Below are positions 1-9,794 of a DNA stretch of 50,131 nucleotides, piece after piece. Numbering within the stretch: position 1 is the stretch's first letter; every line of letters begins with the position of its first letter. A program made the position numbers and the translations under genes. Source of the DNA: an uncultured Pelagibacteraceae bacterium (GTDB taxonomy: Bacteria; Pseudomonadota; Alphaproteobacteria; Pelagibacterales; Pelagibacteraceae); the NCBI GenBank assembly GCA_902570835.1, contig CACFZQ010000001.1, positions 1-50,131 of the forward strand, read 5' to 3'. The notes beneath the pieces were generated by a model. It searched no databases. It had not been told where the DNA came from and saw only the letters and a list, made by a program, of their open reading frames with translations.

Positions 1-957
1 TAAATAATCAGTTAAAAGTGATGGAGTACCTAACTTAGAAAAAACTGCTCCAAAAAAATTAGATGCAGCAACAAGAAACATAATCAAAGCTGTAATTTCT
101 AAAGTTTTAATTAAAGCCTCTTTTAATCCTTTGAAAGTCATTTTTTTATAGGCCAAAGCTAGAACAATAGATCCAAAAGCTCCCATACCAGCTCCCTCAG
201 TTGGAGTTGCTAAACCAAACAAAATACTTCCTAACGCAAAAAATACTAAAGCTGCTGGTGGAACTAAGCCCATAAAAAATTCATACCAAACTTTACCCAT
301 ATTCGTTGGTCTTTCATTGGCTGGTAAAACTGGACCTAGTTTATGATTTAAAAAACATCTTAAAGTAGTGTAGCCTGCGTACAAGCATGCAAGCATTATT
401 CCAGGGATTATTGCTGCAGCAAATAAATCTGTAACTGGAATTTCTAAAACAGGACCCATAACTACTAACATAATGCTTGGTGGAATTAAAATTCCAAGAG
501 TTCCACCTGCACAAATTAAACCGGCTGACAATCTTGTGTCATAACCAGATCTGATCATCGTCTTACCTGCCATAATTCCTAAAATTGTAACTGAAGCTCC
601 AACAATTCCTGTTGCTGCAGCAAATATTGTAGATACAAACATAACTGCATAAAATAATGCACCTCTAGTTTTAGAAAGCATTAGTTGGACAGCATTAAAC
701 AATCTTTCCATTAAGCCAGCTTGTTCCATTAGAATTCCCATAAAAATAAAGAGCGGGACTGCCGCGAGTGTATTCTCGGTCATTATCATATTGAATTGGA
801 GCGTCATTAGGTAAAAAACTAATTTTCCAAAACCCCAATAACCAAATACAAGGCCTAAAAATATTAAAGTGAACGAAATTGGAAAACCAACAAAGATTGC
901 AAATAACATGCAACCAATCATTATTGCACCAATTATTTCGGGTGTAAAAAATTCCAT
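1..957 (-). CDS. dctM: TRAP transporter large permease (DctM family), 3' end runs off the window
   Basis: Not in the ORF track. Translated by hand from the ATG at 957: MEFFTPEIIGAIMIGCMLFAIFVGFPISFTL...LAAVPLFIFMGILMEQAGLMERLF...GTLGILIPPSIML, which are DctM signature segments. TAATG overlap with the dctQ stop. Confidence 0.93.
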   Translation of the reverse strand, partial: MEFFTPEIIGAIMIGCMLFAIFVGFPISFTLIFLGLVFGYWGFGKLVFYLMTLQFNMIMTENTLAAVPLFIFMGILMEQAGLMERLFNAVQLMLSKTRGALFYAVMFVSTIFAAATGIVGASVTILGIMAGKTMIRSGYDTRLSAGLICAGGTLGILIPPSIMLVVMGPVLEIPVTDLFAAAIIPGIMLACLYAGYTTLRCFLNHKLGPVLPANERPTNMGKVWYEFFMGLVPPAALVFFALGSILFGLATPTEGAGMGAFGSIVLALAYKKMTFKGLKEALIKTLEITALIMFLVAASNFFGAVFSKLGTPSLLTDYL

Positions 958-1613
958 TATGGCCATCTTCCTTTTACAAAGGCATAGTAGCTCTTAAGAA
1001 CTTCAGATATTCCTTGAACCAATAACAAAAAAGCTCCAATAGGCATACAGCTTTTGAGTGGCCACATGACAGGCATCCATGTAGTATCCATTGCTCTTTG
1101 AATTCTGACTTTACCACCTAAACATTCCATTAAATCTGATCTTCCACAAATAGATGTGTAAGCGTAATCAAAGCTAACCCAGAAAAATACTAAGAAACCC
1201 GGGAAAAAAAATAATAAGTATAAAAATAAATCTACTTTGGCTTGATTTCTTACTTTCCAATTTCGATATAAAAAATCAGCCCTTATATGTATTCCTTTTG
1301 ATAAAGTATATGCTGCACCCAACATGAATAAAGCACCAGCTAACATTCTACTAACATCAAACGACCAAAGAGTTGGACGGTTAAAGAAATGTCTTCCGAT
1401 TACTTCATATACCATTGCAAATATTAAAGGCACTGTTATCCAGCAAACAATTTTGCCAGTAACAAGCATATTTCTGTCAATAAATTCTATTGTTTTTGCC
1501 ATCCAAGGATCCATGTCCTTTGGCATTTTTGTGTTAGTACGACGTTCAGCGATAAGCTCATCAGTTATGTCCAGATTTTCACTAACGTTCTCTTTAGACT
1601 TTTTATCAACCAT
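957..1613 (-). CDS. dctQ: TRAP transporter small permease (DctQ family)
   Basis: Four hydrophobic segments, YEVIGRHFFNRPT and HIRADFLY motifs; lies between dctP and dctM. Confidence 0.9.
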   Translation of the reverse strand: MVDKKSKENVSENLDITDELIAERRTNTKMPKDMDPWMAKTIEFIDRNMLVTGKIVCWITVPLIFAMVYEVIGRHFFNRPTLWSFDVSRMLAGALFMLGAAYTLSKGIHIRADFLYRNWKVRNQAKVDLFLYLLFFFPGFLVFFWVSFDYAYTSICGRSDLMECLGGKVRIQRAMDTTWMPVMWPLKSCMPIGAFLLLVQGISEVLKSYYAFVKGRWP

Positions 1614-1641
1614 TGAGCAATTAATTAATTTTGATTATTAA

Positions 1642-1673
1642 AAAACGGGGATAAATTTAATTACCCCCGTTTT
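1642..1673 (-). terminator. Intrinsic terminator / stabilising hairpin between dctP and dctQ
   Basis: Inverted repeat AAAACGGGG...CCCCGTTTT immediately after the dctP stop, followed by a U run on the minus strand. Confidence 0.75.
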
Positions 1674-1683
1674 AAATTAAGTT

Positions 1684-2772
1684 TTATTGTTGATTTGCAA
1701 AAGCAGTTCCGATTGAAGCGTCAGATGTTTCCATTTGCGCAATAAAAGGTACTACAATTTTCGCATGTGCAGTCATGTGCTCATAAACTTCTTTAAAGAA
1801 AGCATTTTCTGCAGCGTTCTTTTTAAGAGTTGCTTGAGCAGCATTCATGTACTCAGTGAAATAATCAGCTGGTGTATCCCATAATTTTACACCATGATTT
1901 TCAGTAAGATCAATCAATGCTTTTCCATTTTCTACAGCTCTATTAGTGATGTTTCTAGTTATCATCGCTTCAGATGCAATTTCCATTGCATATTTTTGAT
2001 GATCAGTTAGAGAATTATATACATCACCATTGATGTAAATATCACCATTAACTACGTTTTGGTGTAAACCTTGTAGGTAGTAGTTTTTTAGAACTTTTTG
2101 GAAACCAAAAACTGAGTCTGGCTTTGGACAACACCATTCAGCAGCATCGATAGTTCCTTTTTCAAGTGCAGGTAAAATATCTCCACCTGACATAGAAACT
2201 GATGCAACACCAATATCTTTATAAGTTTGTCCTGGAATTCCTGGAGGAGTTCTGAATCTGTATTTTCTGAAATCATCCATGCTTGTAATTGGCTCTTTGA
2301 ACCAACCTAATGCCTCAGGTCCAGATGAAGCCATCACAAAACCTTTAACATTCATACCCATTTCATCCCAAAGTCTGTCGTATAACTGTTTTCCACCGTT
2401 ATCAAAATACCATGCTAACCATGATTTAGTTGATAATCCGATTCCTCCACCTGCAACAGGTGAACCGAACAACATAGCAGCTGGGTGGTAGTTAGACCAG
2501 TAGTGTGTCCAAGCAGCACCACCATCAACTAAACCTTTGTCAACAGCTTCTAGTGTTTCTTTCATACCAACAACTTCACCTTTAGATAAAAGTTCAAACA
2601 CTAACTCTCCTCGAGTTAATTGAGTAACTCTATCAGTCCACATCTTTACGATTTGACCATCGTAAGAAGTTTTAGGAAAAGTAAGTTGGATTTTTAAAGT
2701 TTTAGCAGAAGCAGTACTAATTAAAGATACCGCAAAAACTAAAGCTAAAATCATTGAAGTGATTTTTTTCAT
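1684..2772 (-). CDS. dctP: TRAP transporter substrate-binding protein (DctP, TakP/FcbT1-like subfamily)
   Basis: Signal peptide (ASA-K), RFRTPPG conserved Arg, ALEKGTIDAAEW and YYLQGLHQ motifs; strong RBS AGAGAGGGA. Confidence 0.92.
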   Translation of the reverse strand: MKKITSMILALVFAVSLISTASAKTLKIQLTFPKTSYDGQIVKMWTDRVTQLTRGELVFELLSKGEVVGMKETLEAVDKGLVDGGAAWTHYWSNYHPAAMLFGSPVAGGGIGLSTKSWLAWYFDNGGKQLYDRLWDEMGMNVKGFVMASSGPEALGWFKEPITSMDDFRKYRFRTPPGIPGQTYKDIGVASVSMSGGDILPALEKGTIDAAEWCCPKPDSVFGFQKVLKNYYLQGLHQNVVNGDIYINGDVYNSLTDHQKYAMEIASEAMITRNITNRAVENGKALIDLTENHGVKLWDTPADYFTEYMNAAQATLKKNAAENAFFKEVYEHMTAHAKIVVPFIAQMETSDASIGTAFANQQ

Positions 2773-2900
2773 TTATTTCCCTCTCTTTATTTATTTATTA
2801 AGACTTAATAATTTATGTAGTAAACATTATTGAAATAAGAAAGTAAAGTGATTAAAATAATTATATATAAATTTTAAATATAAATTTTATTAATTCTAAA

Positions 2901-3827
2901 CTAATCTTCGCCTTTAGGATCAAAAGGATAATCCCACGCATCACCACCAATTTTTTTTGAAATACCTGAATAATCAGTATCCGCATCACCTTCCTCACAA
3001 AAATCTGAAAAAATTTTTAAAGCAGCTTTTCCTAGAGGTGTGCTTGCATTAACTGAGGTAGCTGCATCATTTGCTAAATTTAAATCTTTTTTCATCATAG
3101 CTGCTGTAAAACCTGGTCTATATTTATTATTTGAAGGAACCCCATCTGTTAAATCAGGTAAAGGGGTATAGTTTGTGAGTGCCCAATTGTTACCTGATGC
3201 TTCTTTGATTATTTTATGAACTTTTTTTATATCCATTTTTAATCTTTTTGCTAACATCAAAGCCTCGGATGCTGCTATCATCGAAATTCCAAGAGACATG
3301 TTGTTACAAATTTTTACACCAACCCCACTTCCTTGATCTCCAGCATGTAGTATTTTTTGTCCCATTATCTCTAAAAGTGGTGAAGCTAATTTTACTGCAT
3401 CATTACTACCACCAACTAAAAAATTCAATTTTCCAACTCTAGCACCCATCACCCCACCAGTAACTGGAGCGTCAATCATTTTTATTCCCAAAGACTTTGC
3501 TTCATCTCCTACATTTAATGAAGTTTCAATATCTATTGTTGAACATTCAATAATTAAACAATCTTTAGAAATTTTTTTTAAAATTCCATTCTCTCCAAGA
3601 TATAATTCATAAACATGTTTTCCCTCTGGTAACATTGATATTACAGATGATGCATTGGATAAAAGATCATCTAAAGAATTTACAACATTTAAACCTGTCT
3701 TTTTTGCAATTTTAATTGCGTGTTCTGAAACATCGAAAACTTTAACCTGTTTGCCAGCTTTTACTAATTGTTGTGCCATGGGATTTCCCATGTTTCCTAC
3801 TCCAATAAATGCAATATGATTACTCAT
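2901..3827 (-). CDS. mmsB: 3-hydroxyisobutyrate dehydrogenase (beta-hydroxyacid dehydrogenase family)
   Basis: FIGVGNMGNPMA Rossmann motif, DAPVTGG, KICNN catalytic Lys, NNWALTNYTPLP and GFTAAMMKKDL segments typical of MmsB. Confidence 0.88.
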   Translation of the reverse strand: MSNHIAFIGVGNMGNPMAQQLVKAGKQVKVFDVSEHAIKIAKKTGLNVVNSLDDLLSNASSVISMLPEGKHVYELYLGENGILKKISKDCLIIECSTIDIETSLNVGDEAKSLGIKMIDAPVTGGVMGARVGKLNFLVGGSNDAVKLASPLLEIMGQKILHAGDQGSGVGVKICNNMSLGISMIAASEALMLAKRLKMDIKKVHKIIKEASGNNWALTNYTPLPDLTDGVPSNNKYRPGFTAAMMKKDLNLANDAATSVNASTPLGKAALKIFSDFCEEGDADTDYSGISKKIGGDAWDYPFDPKGED

Positions 3828-5337
3828 CTATGTTTGAACTCCCTCTATTAATTAATACTGTTTTACTTTGAGTGAAATGATTGATCATACTATCAAATGC
3901 ATATTCTTTTCCAAGACCACTCATTTTTAATCCACCATAAGAAACATTTGCTCTTGGAGCCACACATTGATTAACTTGAACAAAACCTGCATCTATTTCC
4001 TCAACAAATTGAAGTGATCTTGATAGATTTTGTGTCCATAAAACTGCTGACAATCCAAAAGGAGTATCATTTGCACTTTCAATAACTTCGTCAAATGATT
4101 TAAATGGAATTGCACAAGCAACTGGACCAAATATTTCTTCCTGACACACAGGTGATTTTACTGGAACCCCCGACAATAAAGTAGGTTCATAAAAAAAACC
4201 TTCTTGGTATTCACCACCTTTTTTTTGATTACCTCCATGTAGAACTTTTGTTGATGAGTTTTCTTTTGCAATATTCATATAATGTAATGTTCTTTTCATT
4301 TGATCCTCTGAAATTATTGCTCCTACATCTGAATTTTCATCTAAAGCATTTCCCATTTTAAGATTTTTTAATCTATCAACAACGCCATCTAAAACTTTTT
4401 CATAAATTTTTTCTTGTATATAAACTCTTGAGCCAGCAGTACATGCTTGTCCTTGTCTGGTATATCTCATACCATCGATTACGCCAGGTATAGCAATATC
4501 AAGATCTGCATCGCTCATGATTATATTAGGATTTTTTCCACCGAGTTCTAATGTTACCGGACAAAGTTTTGGAGCTGCTTTTTGAGCAATAATTTTACCA
4601 ACATTAAATGAACCAGTGAAAGTAATTTTTCTTACATCTTGATGAGACAAAAGTGGCTCTCCGCATTCTTCTCCGTATCCAGAAATAACATTTAAAACTC
4701 CTGGAGGAAGTTCTTGTTGAAAAATCTCTGCTAATAGTAATGCACAGAAAGGTGCTTGCTCAGCTGTCTTTAAAACAACAGTATTACCAGCTACAATTGC
4801 TGGAGCTATCTTTGCAACAGTTAAAAATAAAGGAGCATTCCAAGGAACGATAGCGCAAACAACTCCAATTGGATCTCTTGTTGTGTAGTGTAAAGTATTT
4901 GCAATATTTGGAGGATAATTCTCACCTTTAATCTCTCCAGATAAACCAGCAAACATCCTAGTTAATTCAATTGAGGCGGAAGTTTCTGGTTTAGCTTGTG
5001 TTCTTAAAGCGTTCCCTGTATCCAGCGCTAGTAAAGTTTCAATCTCATCTCTTCTTTGCTCAAGTTTTCTAGCACCTAATTCTACCAATCTTCCTCTTTC
5101 TCTTGCTGGTACTTTCTTCCATTCTTTAAAAGCATTTAGAGAAGATTTAACTGCAAGATCAACTTCAACCTTATTGCATTGGGGAGCTTCACCTATATTT
5201 TCTCCTGTGCTTGGATTTATCACATCAATTTTATTATTAGTAGATGGTGAGATTAATTTACCGTCTATTAAAATTTTATTTGATAATCTTTTTGCATTTT
5301 TATTTGCTTTTTCAAAATTACTTAAAAAATTACTCAT
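3820..5337 (-). CDS. NAD(P)-dependent aldehyde dehydrogenase
   Basis: IVPWNAP, FTGS, LELGGKNP, GQACTAGSR (catalytic Cys) and EEIFGPV motifs. Confidence 0.95.
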   Translation of the reverse strand: MSNFLSNFEKANKNAKRLSNKILIDGKLISPSTNNKIDVINPSTGENIGEAPQCNKVEVDLAVKSSLNAFKEWKKVPARERGRLVELGARKLEQRRDEIETLLALDTGNALRTQAKPETSASIELTRMFAGLSGEIKGENYPPNIANTLHYTTRDPIGVVCAIVPWNAPLFLTVAKIAPAIVAGNTVVLKTAEQAPFCALLLAEIFQQELPPGVLNVISGYGEECGEPLLSHQDVRKITFTGSFNVGKIIAQKAAPKLCPVTLELGGKNPNIIMSDADLDIAIPGVIDGMRYTRQGQACTAGSRVYIQEKIYEKVLDGVVDRLKNLKMGNALDENSDVGAIISEDQMKRTLHYMNIAKENSSTKVLHGGNQKKGGEYQEGFFYEPTLLSGVPVKSPVCQEEIFGPVACAIPFKSFDEVIESANDTPFGLSAVLWTQNLSRSLQFVEEIDAGFVQVNQCVAPRANVSYGGLKMSGLGKEYAFDSMINHFTQSKTVLINRGSSNIDE

Positions 5338-5339
5338 AA

Positions 5340-6110
5340 TTACAATTCACCTTCTCTTGTTTTAGCAGCTAACCAACCACCATCAATTTTAATCTCCGAT
5401 CCATTAATAAAATCAGATTCATTACAAGATAAAAAAATTGCTGCGCCAACTATATCAGATGGTAGTCCCCACCTACCGACGATTGTTTCTTTTCCCCATT
5501 GCTCACCATGAGTTGGGTCTTCTGCATATTTTTTATTAAATGGTGTAGATATTAGACCTGGACAAATTGTATTGACATTTATATTTGTTCCCTTCAAATC
5601 TATAGCAAGAGCTCTGGTTAAACCCAGTATTCCACTTTTGGCTGCAACATATCCTACACGATCAGGTCTCCCCATAAAACTAGCAATCGAACCAAAATTA
5701 ATAATTTTACCTTTACCTATTTTTTTCATCTCAGGTATTACTGCCTGACAACAAATGTATGGTCCAGTAAGATTAACAGAAATCATGTCATTCCAATCGC
5801 TTAAGTCATGATTTTCAAGTTTTTTAACATGTCTTATCCCAGCGTTATTAATCAATATATCTATTTGATCAAACCTATTAATTGTTTCTGATATCAAGTT
5901 TTTAACACTTGCTTCGTTTGAAACATCTGTTTCTACATAAATTGCATCACCACTATTTTTTATGATTTCTGCAACAACATTAGAAGAATTTTCTTGATCT
6001 AAATCTGCAACAACAACTTTAGCTCCCTCTTTAGCAAGGCCTAAAGAAATTTCTTCTCCTATACCTTTTCCACCACCTGTAACAATTGCAACTTTATTTT
6101 TTAATTTCAT
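5340..6110 (-). CDS. Short-chain dehydrogenase/reductase (SDR)
   Basis: TGGGKGIG, NNAG, YVAAK, DGGW motifs; ATG at 6110 (MKLKNK) preferred over the upstream GTG. Confidence 0.93.
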   Translation of the reverse strand: MKLKNKVAIVTGGGKGIGEEISLGLAKEGAKVVVADLDQENSSNVVAEIIKNSGDAIYVETDVSNEASVKNLISETINRFDQIDILINNAGIRHVKKLENHDLSDWNDMISVNLTGPYICCQAVIPEMKKIGKGKIINFGSIASFMGRPDRVGYVAAKSGILGLTRALAIDLKGTNINVNTICPGLISTPFNKKYAEDPTHGEQWGKETIVGRWGLPSDIVGAAIFLSCNESDFINGSEIKIDGGWLAAKTREGEL

Positions 6111-6196
6111 TTTTAACACTAAATATTATTTCATGATCAAATACAAAAAAAAATTATTGTTTTTAAGCTCTAAAAAATAGGTATATTTTTGATACT

Positions 6197-6586
6197 ATGA
6201 AAAAATTTGAGAGTATTAATAACTTTTTAAAATTAATAGGTGGAAAATGGAAAATTAAAATTTTAGCTGAATTACACATGGGACCTAGAAGATTTTCTGA
6301 ATTAAAGACCAATTTAGATGGTATTACTGCAAGAATGTTAATTAGAGAATTGAGAAATTTAGAAAATGATACTCTAATAAAAAAAAGGATTAACAATAAA
6401 ATAAATGATTATATTTTAACTGATTTCGGTAAATCCAGTGCTTACATAATCGAAGCTATAAACGATTGGGGAAATAATAAGAAACGTAAAATTAATAAAG
6501 TGATTGAAAATGATTATCGTGTAATTGATTTATTTCAGGAAGAAATACGTATCAAAAAGCTACAGAGTCAAAGAATTAAAAAATAG
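6197..6586 (+). CDS. HxlR-family winged-helix transcriptional regulator
   Basis: IGGKWKIKIL...GPRRFSELK...GITARMLIRELRNLE...YILTDFG pattern; divergent from the SDR-ALDH-mmsB operon. Confidence 0.9.
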   Translation: MKKFESINNFLKLIGGKWKIKILAELHMGPRRFSELKTNLDGITARMLIRELRNLENDTLIKKRINNKINDYILTDFGKSSAYIIEAINDWGNNKKRKINKVIENDYRVIDLFQEEIRIKKLQSQRIKK

Positions 6587-6589
6587 AAA

Positions 6590-7333
6590 CTAATTGTAAC
6601 TTACAAGGGGTTTATTACTTTTTATCCAAGATTGAATTCCACCTTCGAGAACATACACATTTGTAAAACCTAAATCTTCAGCAAATGCATTTCCTAAAAT
6701 TTCAGCAGTTTTTCCATCATGACTTATAAAAATTAATTCTATTCCTTGGGACTCAGCACCTGCCAAGGCTCTAATTTTGTCCATTAAATAAACATTAAAC
6801 TTACCATTAATATCAAAAGCTGTTTCTTGAAACGATCCTTTAATGACACCTGTCTTTTTCCATTGATTATCGAGCCTGATATCCAATGCCACAGCATTTT
6901 CTTTTATTAATTTTTCTAGTTTTTCATTGTTAATTTTTTCATAATTAGGACTTAAAACATCTAGAATTTTAAATTCAAAAATCAAATTTGAATTTGGTGG
7001 TATCAATTCACCCGCTCCCTTTTCACCATAAGCCAGCTGTGCAGGTATTTTTATTTTTCTTTTTGACCCTTTATTTGTTCCTATTATTCCTTGTTCAAAT
7101 CCTGGAATAACTTCTTTCATACCAATTTGAAAAACTAAAGGTTTATCTTTACCAACATTAGTGTCAAAGACTGTTCCATCTTCAAAAGAACCCGTATATT
7201 CAATTTTTACCCAAGAATGATTTACAACTTTTAAACCATCTCCTTTTGTATCATTAATGATTTCAATATTTTCAGCAAAAAGAATATTAACTTTAAAAAT
7301 AATTAAAATAGTTATTAAAAAAAATTTTTTCAT
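6590..7333 (-). CDS. Exported FKBP-type peptidyl-prolyl isomerase fused to a C-terminal rhodanese-like domain
   Basis: YTGSFEDGTVFD, VIPGFEQG, IPAQLAYG, IPPNSNLIFE (FKBP); LDIR...W...GVIKGS and GFTNVYVLEGGIQSW (rhodanese fold); N-terminal signal peptide. Confidence 0.9.
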   Translation of the reverse strand: MKKFFLITILIIFKVNILFAENIEIINDTKGDGLKVVNHSWVKIEYTGSFEDGTVFDTNVGKDKPLVFQIGMKEVIPGFEQGIIGTNKGSKRKIKIPAQLAYGEKGAGELIPPNSNLIFEFKILDVLSPNYEKINNEKLEKLIKENAVALDIRLDNQWKKTGVIKGSFQETAFDINGKFNVYLMDKIRALAGAESQGIELIFISHDGKTAEILGNAFAEDLGFTNVYVLEGGIQSWIKSNKPLVSYN

Positions 7334-8928
7334 TTAAGAGATATATTAAAACCCTTATACATTTTTTTTCTAACTTTATTACAGATTTCTCTATACTGAG
7401 GCAATCCTGCTGGATAAGGTATAAAAGTTTTTGGTTTACCTGGAATATTATCACCTTTATACCAAGAATTTTTTGCTTTCATAAAAAGAGATTTTTTAGC
7501 TAGTGTATTAATTTTTTTTACCCAATTTTCAGCTTCTTTGGCTTCAGGTTCAACTGAAAGACTATTTGATTTTTCTAAATATCTAATAAATTCTGAAATC
7601 CATTCTACATGTTGTTGAATTTGTGCAGGAACATTGGTTAATACTGAAGGACTACCAGGTCCAGATATGATAAAAAAATTTGGAAAATTTGGTATCATTA
7701 AGCCTAAATATGTTATCGGACCATTTTTCCAATATTTGTTTAATTTAATATTTTTTCTTCCAGTCAAATTTAAAGACAAAATAGGACCTGAAAGTGCATC
7801 ATAACCTGTTGCAAAAATTATTTTATCAAATTTAAATTCCTCATTCTTTGTCTTTATCCCGTTTTTTGTAATATTAACAATTGGATTTTCCTTTAAATCA
7901 ATTAAACGAACATTTTTTTTATTAAATGTTTCAAAATAATCTGTGTTTAAAGTTGGTCTTTTTGAAGTAAATGGATGCCCAAAATCTGTTAATTGTTTCG
8001 CAACTTCTTTGTCTTTAACTATATTATTTATTTTCTCCTTTATATAATTTGAAACTATTTTATTAGCACTTAATTTTTTAGTTATATCACTAAAACACGC
8101 TCTAAATGATAAACCTCCATTTAGCCATGCTTTTTCTAAAATTTTTAATCTTTTACTTTCATTAAAATCAAAAATAGATTTTTTCGAAAATTGAAACGCA
8201 TGACCACCAGATGTTTTTAAAAGTAAGTTTTTAATTTGCTTGTAATTTTTTTTAGTATTCTCAATAAAAGTTTTTGTCAGTTTTCTGTTTCTTGCAGGAA
8301 CACTATAATTTGGAGTTCTTTGAAATACTGTGAGTGATTTTGCGGATTTTGCTACAACTGGGGCAATTTGTATTCCACTTGATCCTGTTCCAATTTGTGC
8401 AACTTTTTGATTTTTAAAACTTATTTTTTTATCTGGCCATCTGCCACTATGATACCATTCTCCTTTAAAACTTTTAATACCTTTAATACTTGGAACATTC
8501 GCTGCAGATAATGATCCAACTGCACTTATTAAGTATTTGCAATAAAATACTTTTTTTTTATTTGTTTTTACTCGCCATAATTTTTTTTTATCTAAATAAT
8601 CAGCTGAAATGACCTTATTGTTAAAAATTATATCCTTTCTTAAGCTAAGCTTTCTCTCTACATATTTAAGATAACTCAGGATTTCTTTTTGCTTAGGATA
8701 TCTTTCTTTCCATTTCCAATTTTTGTAAATTTCTTCTGAAAAAGTATAGCAATAAATGTGGCTCTCAGTATCACATCTCGATCCTGGATATTTATTCCAA
8801 TACCAAGTCCCTCCCACTTCTTTACCTTCTTCGATAAGAAGTGTTTTTAAACCTAATTGATCTCTACATTTATGTAATTGATATAAGCCGGAAAAACCTG
8901 CTCCTATAATTATTGCATCTAAATACAA
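7330..8928 (-). CDS. Baeyer-Villiger monooxygenase (cyclohexanone monooxygenase-like flavoprotein)
   Basis: GAGFSG, GGTWYWNKYPGSRCD, BVMO fingerprint FKGEWYHSGRWP, GTGSSG, ATGY; TTG start. Confidence 0.93.
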   Translation of the reverse strand: MYLDAIIIGAGFSGLYQLHKCRDQLGLKTLLIEEGKEVGGTWYWNKYPGSRCDTESHIYCYTFSEEIYKNWKWKERYPKQKEILSYLKYVERKLSLRKDIIFNNKVISADYLDKKKLWRVKTNKKKVFYCKYLISAVGSLSAANVPSIKGIKSFKGEWYHSGRWPDKKISFKNQKVAQIGTGSSGIQIAPVVAKSAKSLTVFQRTPNYSVPARNRKLTKTFIENTKKNYKQIKNLLLKTSGGHAFQFSKKSIFDFNESKRLKILEKAWLNGGLSFRACFSDITKKLSANKIVSNYIKEKINNIVKDKEVAKQLTDFGHPFTSKRPTLNTDYFETFNKKNVRLIDLKENPIVNITKNGIKTKNEEFKFDKIIFATGYDALSGPILSLNLTGRKNIKLNKYWKNGPITYLGLMIPNFPNFFIISGPGSPSVLTNVPAQIQQHVEWISEFIRYLEKSNSLSVEPEAKEAENWVKKINTLAKKSLFMKAKNSWYKGDNIPGKPKTFIPYPAGLPQYREICNKVRKKMYKGFNISLK

Positions 8929-8936
8929 AATTTTAA

Positions 8937-9698
8937 TTAAATTGTATGGTTTTTAAAAATTTTACTTCCACCTTTATTTTCACCACTTACTAAATGTAGT
9001 TCTCTTTGCAGTGAATATCCTACTTTTTCTTCTATTGTTTTTGCACCCACATGATCAAAAAAAGAGGTAGCAGGCATATATCTATATGTAAGTCCCGCTC
9101 TTCTTTTTCCAGAATTGTTTGCTCTTGATCCATGAAATAAATAAACATCATGCATTGAGAACATTCCAGGCTTTAAATGCACTGATTTTGCTTGGTCTTT
9201 AATTTCATCAATATTTTTTAAGGTTTGATTCAAAGTAACATTTGTGGATTCTAGTGTGTTGTGTTCTGCCAACTTTCTATCAAAATGTGATCCAGGTATA
9301 TACTGTAGTGGACCATTTTCTTCTGTGACTTCATCAATCGACAGCCAAACAGTCACTGACTCTAGTGGTTTTATGGGCCAGTACTCACCATCTTGATGCC
9401 AAGGTGTCTCTTTTCCATTTTTTTCTTTTTTACAAAATAATGATGATCCCCAAAGAATTATATCTTCTCCGATCAATTGCTTAACTTCTCCTATAATTTC
9501 TGGATACATTGCAAATTCCAAAAATTTACTATCTCTCTCATACAAACCGCTTACAAATTCATTATTTTCATCTTTATGATCTTCAAGATATTTGTCTAAA
9601 GCTGAGTTTAAGTCTTTTACTTTATCTGAGGATAATTGAGTTGAGCTTTTTACTAAGCCATCAGTGTTGTAAGTTTTAATTTGATCAACAGAAAGCAT
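8937..9698 (-). CDS. PhyH-family Fe(II)/2-oxoglutarate dioxygenase
   Basis: TPWHQDGEYWP (HxD), ENGPLQYIPGSH, FHGSRANNSGKRR. Confidence 0.92.
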   Translation of the reverse strand: MLSVDQIKTYNTDGLVKSSTQLSSDKVKDLNSALDKYLEDHKDENNEFVSGLYERDSKFLEFAMYPEIIGEVKQLIGEDIILWGSSLFCKKEKNGKETPWHQDGEYWPIKPLESVTVWLSIDEVTEENGPLQYIPGSHFDRKLAEHNTLESTNVTLNQTLKNIDEIKDQAKSVHLKPGMFSMHDVYLFHGSRANNSGKRRAGLTYRYMPATSFFDHVGAKTIEEKVGYSLQRELHLVSGENKGGSKIFKNHTI

Positions 9699-9794
9699 AT
9701 TTAAATTTATTGAATATTTACTTTAATGTCAAATTTTAAGTTTAATAAATATATATAAAGTCTATATTCAATTTTATATTGCTAATATTTCAAA

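Noticed and set aside
695-913. 72-aa minus-strand ORF in the track
   Set aside because: Out-of-frame shadow inside dctM, whose real frame starts at 957.
1324-2491. Short ORFs overlapping dctQ and dctP (and similar shadow ORFs over mmsB, ALDH, xsc, aprA, aprB, amtB, hup, bcp)
   Set aside because: Antisense or alternate-frame shadows of well-supported genes, with no motifs or RBS.
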